From Mustelus asterias (Eukaryota), in contig NC_135812.1 of NCBI RefSeq assembly GCF_964213995.1, positions 79,670,001 through 79,734,000 of the forward strand: a stretch of 64,000 nucleotides of DNA, read 5' to 3'. The notes under the pieces were generated by a model that saw only the letters and a program-made list of their open reading frames with translations, was not told the origin of the DNA and did not search any database. Position numbers and translations under genes: made by a program. Below, one piece after another: positions 22,389 to 35,159 of the stretch (its first letter is position 1; each line of letters opens with the position of its first letter).

Positions 22389-24329
22389 ATGATAAACTGG
22401 AAGGTTTGTTTAACTGGGAGTTAAAGGAAGAAATCTATCGCAATCCACTCAATGAAAACGAGCTAACCTTATTGCACTTGGAGATATGGAATGATTCAGT
22501 TTTTGTTGCTGTTTGAAATCACAGCAGTGGGCTATGAAAAATCCAGGGTGTTTTAGGCCACCGCACAGGGGTCACAGAGCGGCCACAAATCCACAGTTAT
22601 GCAATTAATAAAGAAATGTTGGAAGGTTGTGTAGTCACAAGCTAATGGAAGGACCCCTTCCATCTTGTACCTTGTTGAATAGCTGGAACACTGAACTGAA
22701 ATCAGAGCGGATTCAGAGGGAAGTGATGTGACTTTTGAGTTGGTCCCAGGAAGAGATAATTAACTTTAAGGATTTCATAAGATAAGGAAATTCTTGGGGG
22801 AATTAGAAAGTAGAAATACGTTTATAACACAAGTCTTTATAAAATGCAGTTTTAATTTGATAATGCTAACTGAGTTTAATTTCCTTAAATGTGCAATAAA
22901 GTTTGTTTTTGTTTACAAATGTGTAATCTTACGATGTTGTTTTCTTGGCTAATCCCGAGGTGTTTGGACTTTTTCTTTAAAATGTTAATATATGATTGTT
23001 AAACATTTTGTTTTACTGCCACCCCCAATACAAAACTGCTCATTCCCTTGTTGTGGCACCTAAGATTTCCTTCACAAAGTCCTCTGGGTTTTGGACCCTC
23101 TGAGTTCAAGGTGCCTGTGCAGTCGAAGACTCTGTCATTGAGGGAGGAGGCAACATTTGAGGTTGTATGAAGTCCCCCATCTATTCGTCTCCGGTGGCCA
23201 TGTATTCTGTCACTCTGCCCATCTTTTGTGAATCTACCATGGTGAGGGTGGTAAATACAAGAGGACTGGACCTCCGTTTTCTGCCTCTCCATGGAATTCT
23301 GTGCTCTCATCGACTGAGAGGAAAGGAAGCAAAAAAGTTACAGTGTGAAAAATGGAATATTACGAGCAGGTGCATTGTGAGTGACCAGCAATAAATGTAG
23401 TTGAGTGTCTGTAGTTGTTGCATAGATGGGGATCTGAGGAGGTAGCAGAAAGGGTTAATAGTTATGCTAATGAGTTAGTGATGTATATCATGATTTCAGC
23501 AGTCACATGCTAGAGTCCCAGTGGAGCAGATGGTACAGTCAATACTCATGAGGTGAATACCTACTCTGTAGCCTCTCTTGTTTATAATGTTCATGTGTAA
23601 TCCTCCTTCCTCAGACTGGAGTTACTGAAGGTAAGATAGGCCATGCAAGCAACGTATGAAAGAGTATCTTGAGAAAGAGGAATGGCTGGAGCTGCAGGGA
23701 GTGTTGGCCTGAGGTGTACTGTGCAGGAGAATGCTAGGGAGGTCAGATTGTGGGGATTGAATGTGGGAAGCCACCTGCTGTGATGAAATCACTGTATCTA
23801 TGTGCGAGGTACCAAACACTTAGATCTCTTCCAATCACTCCAGATTCATGTCAGAGCCTAGCCTCTTCCTTCTATCTGTTGGCAACAATGGGCAGGGTTC
23901 TCTGGCCGTTAACGCCAGTGGGATTCTCCCGTCCTGCTGCAGTGAATGGAGATTTGGCTGAGAGCCAAATGAAAGACCGCAAGTAGGGCAATGAGAGAAT
24001 TGCAGAATGGAAAGAAGTCAACACTTTGTCGGAGACAGACCCAACCAACAGTGAACGCAAAAGGATTTGACTGAAGTTAAGACAAGTCGAAATGAAGATA
24101 CTATTTGTGAAATGTGTATGTCCAGTAAGAACATGATGGATTCCTCTTTAAATTAAAGACTTCAAAGGGGATTAGGAACTACTCAACACAAAGAGTATTC
24201 AGCAAAAAGAATTAAAGCTCGAGAGAAGACATTAAAACAACAAGGTGAAATGACTGACAACAAACTTTTGTTGGATAAATTTACATTGCACATTGTACAT
24301 TACAAATTCCATGAAAAAGCAATTAGCAG

Positions 24330-24650
24330 CACAATGGCACAGTGGCTAACACTTTTGCCTCACAGTGCCAGGGACCTAGGTTCAGTTCTGGCTCGGATGA
24401 CTGTCTGTGTGGAGTTTGCACATTTTCACCATGTCTGCATGGGTTTCCTCTGGGTGTTTCAGTTTTCTCCCACAGTCCAAAGATGTGCAGATTAGGTGGA
24501 TTGGCCATGCTAAATTGCCCCTTAGTGTCAGGGGGACTAGTGGGGTAAATACGTGGGGTCACGGGGATAGGGCTTGGGTGCGATTGTTGTCGGTGAAGGC
24601 TTAATGGGCCGAATGGCCTCTTTCTGCATTGTAGGGATTCTATGAATATA
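24330..24650 (+). mobile_element. Family A SINE
   Basis: Head GGCACAGTGGCTAACAC, core and GATTCTATG tail. Confidence 0.85.
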
Positions 24651-25725
24651 AGAACATATCCAGTGAAAAATTGAATCAGGAAAATAAGATTTTGAAGAAG
24701 AGAAGCTTGGCAATGAGAAATTAACTGAAGAGAACAAAGAACAAAGAATAGTACAGCACAGGAAACAGGCCCTTCGGCCCTCCAAGCCTGTGCCGCTCAT
24801 TGGTCCAACCAGACCAATCGTTTGTATCCCTCCATTCCCAGACTGCTCATGTGACTATCCAGGTAAGTCTTAAACGATGTCAGCGTGTCTGCCTCCACCA
24901 CCCTACTTGGCAGCGCATTCCAGGCCCCCACCACTCTCTGTGTAAAAAACGTCCCTCTGATATCTGAGTTATACCTCGCCCCTCTCACCTTGAGCCCGTG
25001 ACCCCTCGTGATCGTCCCTCCGACCTGGGAAAAAGCTTCCCACTGTTCACCCTATCTATACCCTTCTATTAGGTCTCCCCTCATTCTCCATCTTTCCAGG
25101 GAGAACAAGCCCAGTTTACCCAATCTCTCCTCATAGTTAAGACCCTCCATACCAAGCAACATCCTGGTAAACCTTCTCTGCACTCTCTCTAAAGCCTCCA
25201 TGTCCTTCTGGTAGTGCGGCGACCAGAACTGGACGCAGTACTCCAAATGTGGCCTAACCAGTGTTCTATACAGCTGCAACATCAGACTCCAGCTTTTATA
25301 CTCTATACCCCATCCGATAAAGACAAGCATACCATATGCCTTCTTCACCAACTTCTCCACCTGTGCTGCCACCTTCAAGGATTTGTGGACTTGCACACAA
25401 AAGTCCCTCTGTGTTTCTATATTCTTGATGGCTCTGCCATTTATTGTAGAACTCCCCCCTACATTAGTTCTTCCAAAATGCATCACTTTGCATTTATCTG
25501 GATTAAATTCCATCTACCATTTCTCCGCCCAATTTTCCAGCCTATCTATATCCGACAATGTTCATCGCTATCCACAAGTCCAGCCATCTTCGTGTCATCC
25601 ACAAAACTTGCTGATAACACCAATTACACCTTCTTCCAAATCATTTATATATATCACAAATAGCAGAGGTCCCAGTACAGAACCCTGTGGAACACCACTG
25701 GAACAGTGGTGTTGTGGAACAGAGA

Positions 25726-25862
25726 CCACTCCATCTGACGAAGGAGCAGCAAGCTCCGAAAGCTTATGGTATTTGCTACCAAATAAACCTGTTGGACTTT
25801 AACCTGGTGTTGTGAGACTTCTTACTGTGCTTACCCCAGTCCAACGCCGGCATCTCCACATC
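25726..25862 (+). mobile_element. Minimal Penelope 3' fragment (hammerhead plus tail) nested in a CR1
   Basis: Matches the pLTR 3' end at 7871-8005; 11-bp TSD AACACCACTGG (25691-25701, 25863-25873). Confidence 0.9.
25731..25769 (+). ncRNA. Minimal type I hammerhead ribozyme motif, variant
   Basis: CCAT-CTGACGA-A-GGAGC(AGCAA)GCTCC-GAAA-GC-TT-ATGG. Confidence 0.82.
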
Positions 25863-26494
25863 AACACCACTGGTCACAGACCTCCAGCTGGAAAAAGACC
25901 CTTCGACTGCTACCCTCTGTCTCCTGTGGCCAAGCCAGTTTTCTACCCATCTAGCCACCTCTCCTTGTATCCCATGAGCCTTAACCTTCTGAACCAATCT
26001 GCCATGAGGGACTTTGTCAAATGCCTTACTGAAATCCATATAGACAACATCCGCGGCCCTTCCTTCGTCAACCATTTTTGTCACTTCCTCAAAAAACTCC
26101 ACCAAATTTGTAAGGCACGACCTCCCTCTTACAAAACCATGCTGTCTGTCACTATTGAGATTGTTCCGTTCTAAATGCGCATACATCCTGTCTCTAAGAA
26201 TCCTCTCCAACAACTTCCCTACCACGGACGTCAAGCTCACTGACCTATAATTACCCGGGTTATCCCTGCTACCCTTCTTAAATAACGGTACCACATTCGC
26301 TATCCTCCAATCCTCAGGGACCTCACCTGTGTCCAATGAAGAGACAAAGATTTCCGTCAGAGGCCCAAGAGGTAAAAACATTGAATTTGACAGAAGAATC
26401 AGCAATTCAGACAGAGAAAGAAACTGAGATTACTTGCAAAAACACGATTTTTGAATTGGTCAGACTAATAGAAAAGCATAAGAACCAAGGAAGT

Positions 26495-27620
26495 TTGGAA
26501 GTTGGATGCAGAATTGGCTGAGTGGCAGGAAGCAAAGAGTGATGGTCGAGGGGTGGTTTTTGGGAATGGAGGACTGTGCCCAGTGGGATCCCACAGTGAT
26601 CAGTGTTGGGGCCCTTGCTGTTTGTGATTTATATAAATGATTTAGACTTAAATGTAGGATGGTTGATCAATAAGTTCGTAGATTTTGCAAAAATTGGTGG
26701 GGTGGTAAATAATGAGGAGGATAGCCTTAGATTACAGGAGGATGTAGATGGGCTGATCAAATGGGTTGATCTGTGGCAAATAGAATTCAATTCAGATAAG
26801 TGTGAGGTAATGCACTTGGGGAGGGTAAACAAGTCAAGAGAATACATGATGAATGGCAGAACTCTGGGAAGCACTAAGGATCAGAGGGATCTTGGTGTGC
26901 TTGTATACCAGTCCCTCAAGGTAGCAGGACAAGTGGATAAAGTGGCTGAGAAGCCATATGGTACACTTGCCTTTATTAGTCGAAGCATAGAATTTAAGAG
27001 CAGGAAAGTTATGCTGAAACTATATCAAACATTGGTTAGGCCACAGCTAGAGTATAGTTGCACTTTTGCAATCAACATTCGAGAAGGTATGTGATAGCAT
27101 TGGAAAGGGTGCAGAGGAGATTTACCAGGATGTTGCCTGGGCTGGAGAGTTTTAGTTAAGAAGAGAGATTGGATACACTGCGGTTGTTTTCCTTGGAAAA
27201 GAGAAGACTGAGGGGGGACATGATTGAAATATATAAAATGATGAGGGGCATCTATAGAGTGGGCAGGAAGAAACTTTCCTCCTTGGTGGAGGGATCAATG
27301 TCTAGGGGGCATAGATTTAAGGTAAGGGTCAGGAGGTTTAGAAGGGATAGGAGGTTTAGAAGGGATGTGAGGAAAAACTTTTTCATCCAATGGATGGTGG
27401 GAGTCTGGAACTCACTGCCTGAAAGGGTGGTGGAAGCAGAGACCCTCATAACTTTAAGAAGTATTTAAATGTGCACTTGCGATGCCAAGGCATACAAGCC
27501 TATGGGCTCAGTGCTGAGTGCTGAAAAATTGGATTAGCATGTTTGTGTACTTTGTCTTTGACCAGCGCAGAAGCAATGAGCTGAAGGGCCTTTTTCTGTG
27601 CTGCATACCTCTGTCTCTAA
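26495..27620 (+). mobile_element. 5'-truncated CR1 LINE
   Basis: ORFs 26603-27094 and 27169-27468. Confidence 0.92.
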
Positions 27621-27781
27621 TATCATAAAATGGTTGATGAAAAAGATGCTGAATTGAAATGCTGGAAAGAGAAGAAACTTTATCACATGATCTAAGTACC
27701 AGAAACAGAATACCATGACCATTCCTTCATACATGATAGACCAGGATTGTGAAAGAACTGTCAGGACAAGACTTTGTTGAA

Positions 27782-28620
27782 TTGTGATATGTGTGCCTGA
27801 ATGCATTTTAATGTAAGGTGCTTGGCAGAGCAAGGGTCAACGTGGGACTAGACAGTGGCATCGCCCACAGGGTGATGTATCACATGGTCAGAGAACTGTC
27901 TGGAACTGAACTCAGGAGCATGCCTGCATGGAACAGCTCCATACACAACCATATTTGGAACTTTACATAGTTAAAGACTACAATAAAAGTGTTTATGTTA
28001 AACACACAAGCCTCAAGATCCCATCAATGAGCCATCACCACTGCAACAATAATAAAAAACACACTAAAGTCCGTAATATGAAACTTCAGCAGTGGATCAA
28101 ATTGGATCCCATAATTATTGTTTCTAAAACCGGACCCCTATTGTACCAAGTAGACCTGGCAGGGCGGATCATTCATAAACATATGGATCACTTGAGGAGT
28201 GGAGAGAGACTTCAGCAGTCAGCATTGCATTAAGAAATGTTTTTGAACCTGTAAGCGCCTGCTCGACCTGTTATAGACATAACTGATATCTCTATGGGAG
28301 CACGTAGTAATGAACTGCCTGTACTAGAAGAGGTGCCTCTTATTGCAGTTCCTATTAATGTTGATCACGTGGAAGCATTTCAGACAACAGAATTATACCA
28401 CTCTACAAGATACAGAAAAACCTCTCAAGGACTTGATTTATAACTGTCCAACTCATGTACACCATATTTAGTTATAATTCACGACTGCGTGACTTAGTTA
28501 TTAAAGACTGTAAAAAGGAATTAAAGGGGGAGGCAATTGTCTCTTTAAGGCTCCAACTTCTGGGTGTGCAACCTACTCCCTGCAGCAGAGGGTATTATTT
28601 AGGCCATGAAGTGATGGACT
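27782..28620 (+). mobile_element. Gypsy-type relics: LTR-like piece, integrase C-terminus and PPT
   Basis: TG..AATAAA..CA segment 27782-28026; KTGPLLYQV..HKHMDHLR module; TTAAAGGGGGAGG PPT near 28521-28533. Confidence 0.6.
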
Positions 28621-28829
28621 GAAGTGGCAACTAGACTCTCAGCTACTGAAAGGAGCCATTTTACTCCAGGAATCTGAAATAATAGAAATTACACAGAACA
28701 ATCCCTTATTTCTATACCACTATTCTTCTTCAAATAAATATTGACTTAAAAGAACATTCCGTTTGATAATTGATCACATTCAGAGCTTTATGACCGTACT
28801 GACTATATCTTTAATTCTATATTTTACAG

Positions 28830-29168
28830 ACAGTCGCATTTTTCAGTCTCCTTTTGTTAAACAAGTGAAAGGGGGAGGATCTGTTTCAATAAACTGCGGA
28901 TTTACATCTGAAGACGATACCATTGTGGGCATCTATTTAAGAAGAAATCTTTTAGTTCCCACCGATCTGATCTACGTCCACGATCGTATTAATACGGTGC
29001 ATGACGCATATATCAACCGTACTGAGTTTAAAGGAAGCAAACAAAACTTCACTGTAACCCTCAATAATCTCCAGGAAAATGACACAGATATTTACTATTG
29101 CGTGTTTGGAATACGAAAAGTTACAGTATCAAATGTATTTGGACAAGGAACAATGTTGATAGTGTCAG
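28830..29168 (+). CDS. cd7: CD7-like gene exon 2, IgV domain with germline-joined J-like segment
   Basis: Acceptor ttctatattttacag|, donor tcag|gtatgt, 339 nt, phase 1-1. Encodes QSP..VSINC..VGIYLRR..RTEFKGSKQNFTVTLNNLQENDTDIYYC..NVFGQGTMLIVS. GIYLR replacing the C-strand Trp motif and NVxGxGT match mammalian CD7 as I recall it ([40 protein letters not shown]). Confidence 0.92.
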
Positions 29169-29993
29169 GTATGTTTCTTTCAAATTTTCATCTGACACCA
29201 AATTTATTCATTAAAATTTATTTCCTAAAAGCAATATTTGTATTGAGACATGTAGGGGATGACGTGCAGCTATGTGCCTGCTGTACAGTTCTTCTTATTA
29301 ATAAATTATTTTCTATTTTTAATGAAGTCTATGAAAGTGCATCATTACATTTCATAGATGGAACCTTCATTTCTACTTGGCATAACTTCAGCCATATCCT
29401 TTTGACTTCACTGTTGGTCAGGTCTGACTCTGACCAAGAGTTGACTTGTTTCCATTCAGCAATTCTCGCATTAACCTTCTTGTGGGATCTTTCATTGTCT
29501 TCCTTCTGGGGTATTTCATTGCCCTCCTTTCAGTGCTCTCTTTCTGGTTAATTCTTTTACCACTTTCTGGGGTCTTCTATTGCCTCCTTTCTGAGGCTTC
29601 TCTTGCCCTCTGTTTGATGTATTTTTTGCCTTCTCTTTGAGGTCTTTGTTGCCTCCTCTGACGTCTTCCGTTGCCTCTTCCATGAGCTCTTCATTTCTTA
29701 TCGATCTTTCTTTGAGAATTGCCCTCTCTCTGGGGTCTTCTCCAATTTTCTTGTAGATAGCTGTTTGTTCCCTCTTGTGGTTGCTACTTTAAGTGCAACA
29801 TCACTTTAAATGTATTACGTCTTTAAATGCATTGCCATTGTCATCTTTTTTGCTCATCTGTTAGCAGCTGCCAGCTTTCTCTCTGCATTTTCCGAGTACT
29901 TTTGAAGTTTTGGCTGCTTTATTTTGCACTTTGTTAATGTTTCCTTTTTCTCAGGGAAGTTCATTCCAGAGATTCCTGGAATTTAGTTTTATT

Positions 29994-30310
29994 AGAATCA
30001 TAGAATCTCTATAGTGCAAGAGGAGACCATTCAGCCCATTGAGCCTGCTCCATCAACAATCCCACTCAGGCCCATAGCCCCACGTATTTACCCTACTAAT
30101 CCCCCTGACACTAAGGGACAATTTACCATGGCCAATCAACCTAACCTGCACATCTTTGGACTGTGGGAGGAAACCGGGGCACCCGGAGGAAACCCACGCA
30201 GACACGGGGAGAACATGCAAACTCCGCACAGTCACCCAACAATGGAATTGAACCCAGGTCCCTGGCACTATGAGGCAGCAGTGCTAATCACTGAGCCACC
30301 GTGCCACCCC
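29994..30310 (-). mobile_element. Family A SINE
   Basis: Full-length match to other copies. Confidence 0.88.
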
Positions 30311-32575
30311 TAAATTATTCTTCTGGCCGTTTGAGTAGTCTGTTTCTTCTTTCATTATTTTTCTTTGATGGGCCGGTTTTTTTGTCAATTTCAACAAGTG
30401 GCAGAGGGCCCTGTGGGGGAGATGGGCGATTTTGTGTTGAGACAAACAATATAAAGAGGTCAACATGGAGGAGAAAGTTCACAATCTAAAGTTGTTGAAC
30501 TTAGTGTTGAGTCCAGATCAAAATCTTTTGCATGTACCCTACAGCCATATTTGATCAGTCTCACCTCATTTTTTCCTTATCATTTCTTGAGTTGTCTTCC
30601 ATCCTCTCCCATTCATTTCACTATCAGTTATTTTATTCTGAGGCCTGCAAATAAGAATATACAATAGCCAGAGAACACAGTTGTTCTTAAAGGTGAGTGA
30701 ACCTGGCAAGTATCTCCTGCAGCCATGTCTACTGTTGACACAAGCTACTTTAGCAAGTTTCTTGGTTAATCAAAGTTAAATTAAATGTCTAACAGAACTT
30801 CATACCAATTCTTAACACTTGCTATAACTTATGGCTTTGACATGGACGGTATGAAGGGCCATGGGAGTGGGTGCTGCACCAAGGGACATAACTTGGCATG
30901 GACGGTATGAGGGGCCATGGAGTAGTTGGTGGAGGATATAGCTTTGCATGGCGGTATGGGTGAAACCATTTGAACTTGCCTTTCAAAAGGTTCCCTCATC
31001 CAGAATCATGATGCCTCTGAGGGGTCATAAACCTCAAGTCCTTTAAAAGCTGGCCCAAAACGACAAGAAATGTGGAGGTCTGGGTCATACCTATCCCCAT
31101 AATGAAACTGGCCAGGTCAGCAGTGCAGGGTGTGGGAATCGCAACCCACACGCAAATCGGGGCCGTGGGAATAGGGTTGGGAATCCTGTAATTGGGTCCC
31201 AGCCGCCATTTTGATACCTCCAGCATATCCCTGACTCTATGGAAATCCAGACTACAGCACTGATTTTAAAGAACAAACTTCCTCCTGGCTTTAATGGTAC
31301 GTTTCTCCCTGCCTCACCAGAGTGAATTTTCCAGTATCCTTTAAAACAAAACCCCCTTTGTTCAACCCTTTGAGCATTATCAACTGGATTTCTCACTGCA
31401 AGGCACCCTCTAATGAACAATCCTTGTTTCCTTGACCATGAGTTCCATTTTCACTCGCACTCTATCTGGTGATTTACCCAAAAGCAATCCTTTTCTTTTG
31501 CCAGGCAGGGCAACCACTGTTGTGGTCTTCTTCCCCAATGTTTTCCATCTTACTGCCCCAAGGGTCAGTGAGCCTGTATGGCAATCAGACCAGTTGCCTC
31601 CTCCTTATCATCCAGGTGTTCAAACTTGCAACTTATTTTCCATAGGTTTTGCCCTTTGCCCCTGTCCCCATGGCAACCAAGACACACGGGCTTTTCTCTG
31701 GGTTAACTCAATATGACATTGCATAGGCTTGTCCTTGGCCAGACTCTGTACATGTTCACATGGATTTATTTCCAGGCAGACTCAGATAAAAGTCTTGTAC
31801 AGCTCCCAAGCTGCTCCATTTTACCTTGAATGAAAGGAGATAGTTTAGAGTAAACTTTTTTTATAAAGACTCCAAGGAAGTTAGGTATATGGTGGTTAGG
31901 TGGGCAAATAGAGTTGAGGTCAAGGCTCAGCCATGATCTTAGTAAAGAGCAGGAGAGACTTGAGGGGCTGAATGGCCTACTTCCTTGTTTATGTTTTTTT
32001 GGGGGCACATCCAATATGGCAAACAGCGCAGGAGCAGGAAGATGAACAGGAAGCTCATGGGCAGCTCTGGGCAAGAAGGTCCGGTTTCTGCATGAAGCAC
32101 CCCAGCAAAGGCAGCAGTCAGTCAGGCTGGCTGACGGGCAACAGCAAGGCCACTGGCAGAAGATGGGAAGGGTAAGTGCTGTCACCCTGAGAGAGGACAG
32201 TGGGTTTATTCTCAGCACCACTATTCCCGCAGGGCATCATCTTCGATGATGGCCAGCATCGTCACCTCCATGGGAGTGAGGGCATGCCTGTCCCTCTCCA
32301 ATTAGTGCCATTGCTGGCACTTGTGTGACTCCACTTCAGCTATTGACAGCCTATCTTGTTTGAAGGCAGAAGTCATGAGCTTGTAAGTGTACTCAGAGAT
32401 TTAAACACAGAACATGATTGGCGTATTCTAATCAGCGACACAACATATTCTGTCTTTTGTACTTCATCTTTATTTTCGGTTAAGAAAGATGATAGAAGAT
32501 GAAAATAATTTCATGACAATGCAGAGATATAAAATGTGCAATTCTTTTGTCAAAAACAATTACATATTTTTTCAG

Positions 32576-32718
32576 GGCTTAAAATGGAACACCATGCAAA
32601 CTGTTCTGTGGGAGCAGCAAACTACAGCGAAGTTTCATATAAGAATTCAATCCTGATCTGTGTGATTACTGTTGCAATATTTGCCAGTATTTGTGCATTA
32701 GTTCTGTTATTCTTGCAT
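32576..32718 (+). CDS. cd7: CD7-like gene exon 3, short stalk with one Cys plus transmembrane helix
   Basis: Acceptor atattttttcag|, donor cat|gtaagt, phase 1 to 0, in frame with the V exon: GLKMEHHANCSVGAANYSEVSYKNSILICVITVAIFASICALVLLFLH. Confidence 0.88.
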
Positions 32719-34423
32719 GTAAGTTCCTGCTTTCTTTATAACAAATATTTATAGGTATTAAATAATAGGAAGTGAAATTGATGCAATTAAATACAGATTG
32801 TGCTGGTGAACAGTTATCCAGATTGTTAAATTGGGAAAAAGCACATGTTATATGTAACTTATTGTCCACTTAAAAATGGATGTCTGGATGTCCGCTTTCA
32901 TCTAGTTTGGATAGGGCAAAATTCAATGTCCTCACCAAGGCACTGAATTAGGCAGGGGGGTGGTGGGCGAGGACCTCACTATCTTCCTAACTGCACCCTG
33001 GTTATGTCTGGGGTGGGAGTGAATGCTCACCTAAAGCCTCATCCTGCCTCTGCTGATATTAACTCAGTGACTGGCGGGGCATTCACCATTGTGGAAATCC
33101 TCATTCAAGGGCACTCATTTCCTGATTAAGAGACCTGGCATTGGGAAGAGTGGTGGGTGGGGTGGCACTGAAAGCCACTCTCCCCACTCCCACTGCCTGC
33201 CCTTGCTTCTTACCCACTCCCCACTGTATTCACCAGTCAATGATTCCCTCACTGTGACCCCCCATCCTGCTGTCACTCAGCTGTGCAGTTGATCCCTGAC
33301 TGAACCTGAGCCTCTGGTGGAAGTGTAACCACAAGCCAGCATTGGTGTCCCTGTGGCACTGATGATACTGAGCATCCGCCAGTGTCTGATTGGCTGGCAG
33401 CTCACAGCGGGAGGGATTTCCACTCATGGGACCTTGATTCTGGGGAAGGCCTGGCACTTGCCTGATGGGTCCTTCAAATCACGGGTCTCCCCCAAAGAAG
33501 GCAATGTGGGGTATTTGCCAGCGCTCCATCCAGTGAGTGAGACCCCCATCGCCTGGATTAAATTCAACGCAAAGAACCTGAGTCATAAACATTAAAGAGA
33601 TTCTGGGATCCCCATATCAATGATTCTCTGTAACTTCCCTCTCATTTCAGAAGAATTTTTATTGTTAAAAAAATCTAATCAACTGAATTACACTATTGAT
33701 ATTGATTTTTCTGAAATATATAATTAATAAAACCAATACTTGACTTTGTTAGTCTTAGAAAAGCACCCCTTTAACACTCAAAGCAAAATTTGTCAAATAA
33801 ATACAGTAGGACCCTGGAAATCTGTGAGTTACAACCCCAGAATTCTCCCGGAACATATGTATTGTTGAACCTCATGATCACAGATGCCATTCTCCAGCCG
33901 ATTTGATTCACTCCGTGAGATCTCAAGAAATAGCTGAAGGAACTGAATAGAGCTAAGGCTATGGGCCCTGCCCCATATGTAGCTTTGAAGACTTGTACCC
34001 CAGTACTAGTAACATCCTTAACTAAGATGTTTCAGTACAATTGCAACACTCATATCTACCCAATTAAAATGGGAAATGTCTATGTCCACTAAAAGCAGGA
34101 CAAATCATTCCAACCAATTATCACCCTATCAGTCTTCCCTCAATGATCAGAGAAAATTCAGAAAGGCAGTGGAAGGTGTTCATTCAGAGCCATTTATTAA
34201 AGAATAGAAATAATAGAAATATAGATAGCTAATGCGAAATGAACAACATTTTCAGGATCATTCAGCCTTCCTAGGGTCCAAGGTTCTCCATTTCTGGCAA
34301 GATCAGCAATTGTTGCCCATCCTAACTGCACTTGAACTGAATGGCTGAGTTGGGTATTTCAGAGAGCAGTTATTAGTCAACTACATTGCAGAGAATCCGG
34401 AATCACATGTAGACCAAACCAGC

Positions 34424-34950
34424 TGTAGGGTCCATTCATTCCTTTGAATAGACGAGGGCAGCACTGGTACGGTGTTGAAATGAATTTCTTTTATTGAACA
34501 GAACTTAAAATGAAATCAGTATAAAAGCGAAAAGAAAGAGAAAAGCTGGAGCCAGCCCTGTACTGATCACATACTGAACTCAAAAACAAAGCTGAACGGC
34601 AAACACAGAGCTGAAACTACAATATATGTCACTCGTCATCTTGTTATTGAAATTGTTTTGCACATGCTGTCCCCAACTTGGAGAAACAGGCCTTGCAGAT
34701 GTTGTTTATGAAAAACTTGTTTGGCTTATGAAAAGTTTGTTCTGCTTGCTTTGCACTCTTTAAAAATGCAGCCAATTCCGAGCTAACCCAGCATGCCTTA
34801 TGAGTTTTAAAATGTAGTCAAGTGTTAGCTTTAGTATGTAGTCAAGTTAATCCCAACAGTCTAGCAGTTAAACATAATTGTAAAGGCAGAAATATCTTAA
34901 AATGAAGTATTTTCATAGATGAAACAAACCATACACAGGGTCCCTCAACA
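34424..34950 (-). mobile_element. Solo LTR nested in a family C SINE
   Basis: TGTAGGG...CCCTCAACA ends, flanks CCAGC/TCAGC, minus-strand AATAAA near 34490, homologous to 49176-49715. Confidence 0.75.
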
Positions 34951-35159
34951 TCAGCTAATAATGGCAGGTTGCCTCCATGAACGCCAGGTTTCATGAATTG
35001 AATTAAATTCCACCAACTACCATGATGGGATTTGAACCAATCGTCCCCCAGAGGATTAACCTGCATCTCTGGATTACTAGTCCAGTGACATTACCACTGC
35101 CTTATATTGAAGCAACCATTGTGATGAATGTGATTTTTAAAAACTGTCTTCATTTTTAG

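Larger units (their letters stand above)
24730..26367 (-). mobile_element. 5'-truncated CR1 LINE
   Basis: ORFs 25776-26405, 25052-25513 and 24797-24988 with PEDW..NYR..QHGF..YMDFSKAFD motifs. Confidence 0.95.

Noticed and set aside
28830-29168. Rearranging Ig or TCR V segment
   Set aside because: The J-like FGQG strand is already in the exon, no RSS follows the YYC, the conserved Trp is absent, and the next exon is stalk/TM rather than a C domain.
28763-29551. 262-aa single-exon protein
   Set aside because: Read-through of a spliced exon; strong splice sites bound the Ig domain and the 3' extension runs into a repeat.
30835-30960. Short direct repeats of about 57 bp as a CRISPR-like array
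   Set aside because: Two or three degenerate tandem units without unique spacers, in eukaryotic transposon-derived DNA.
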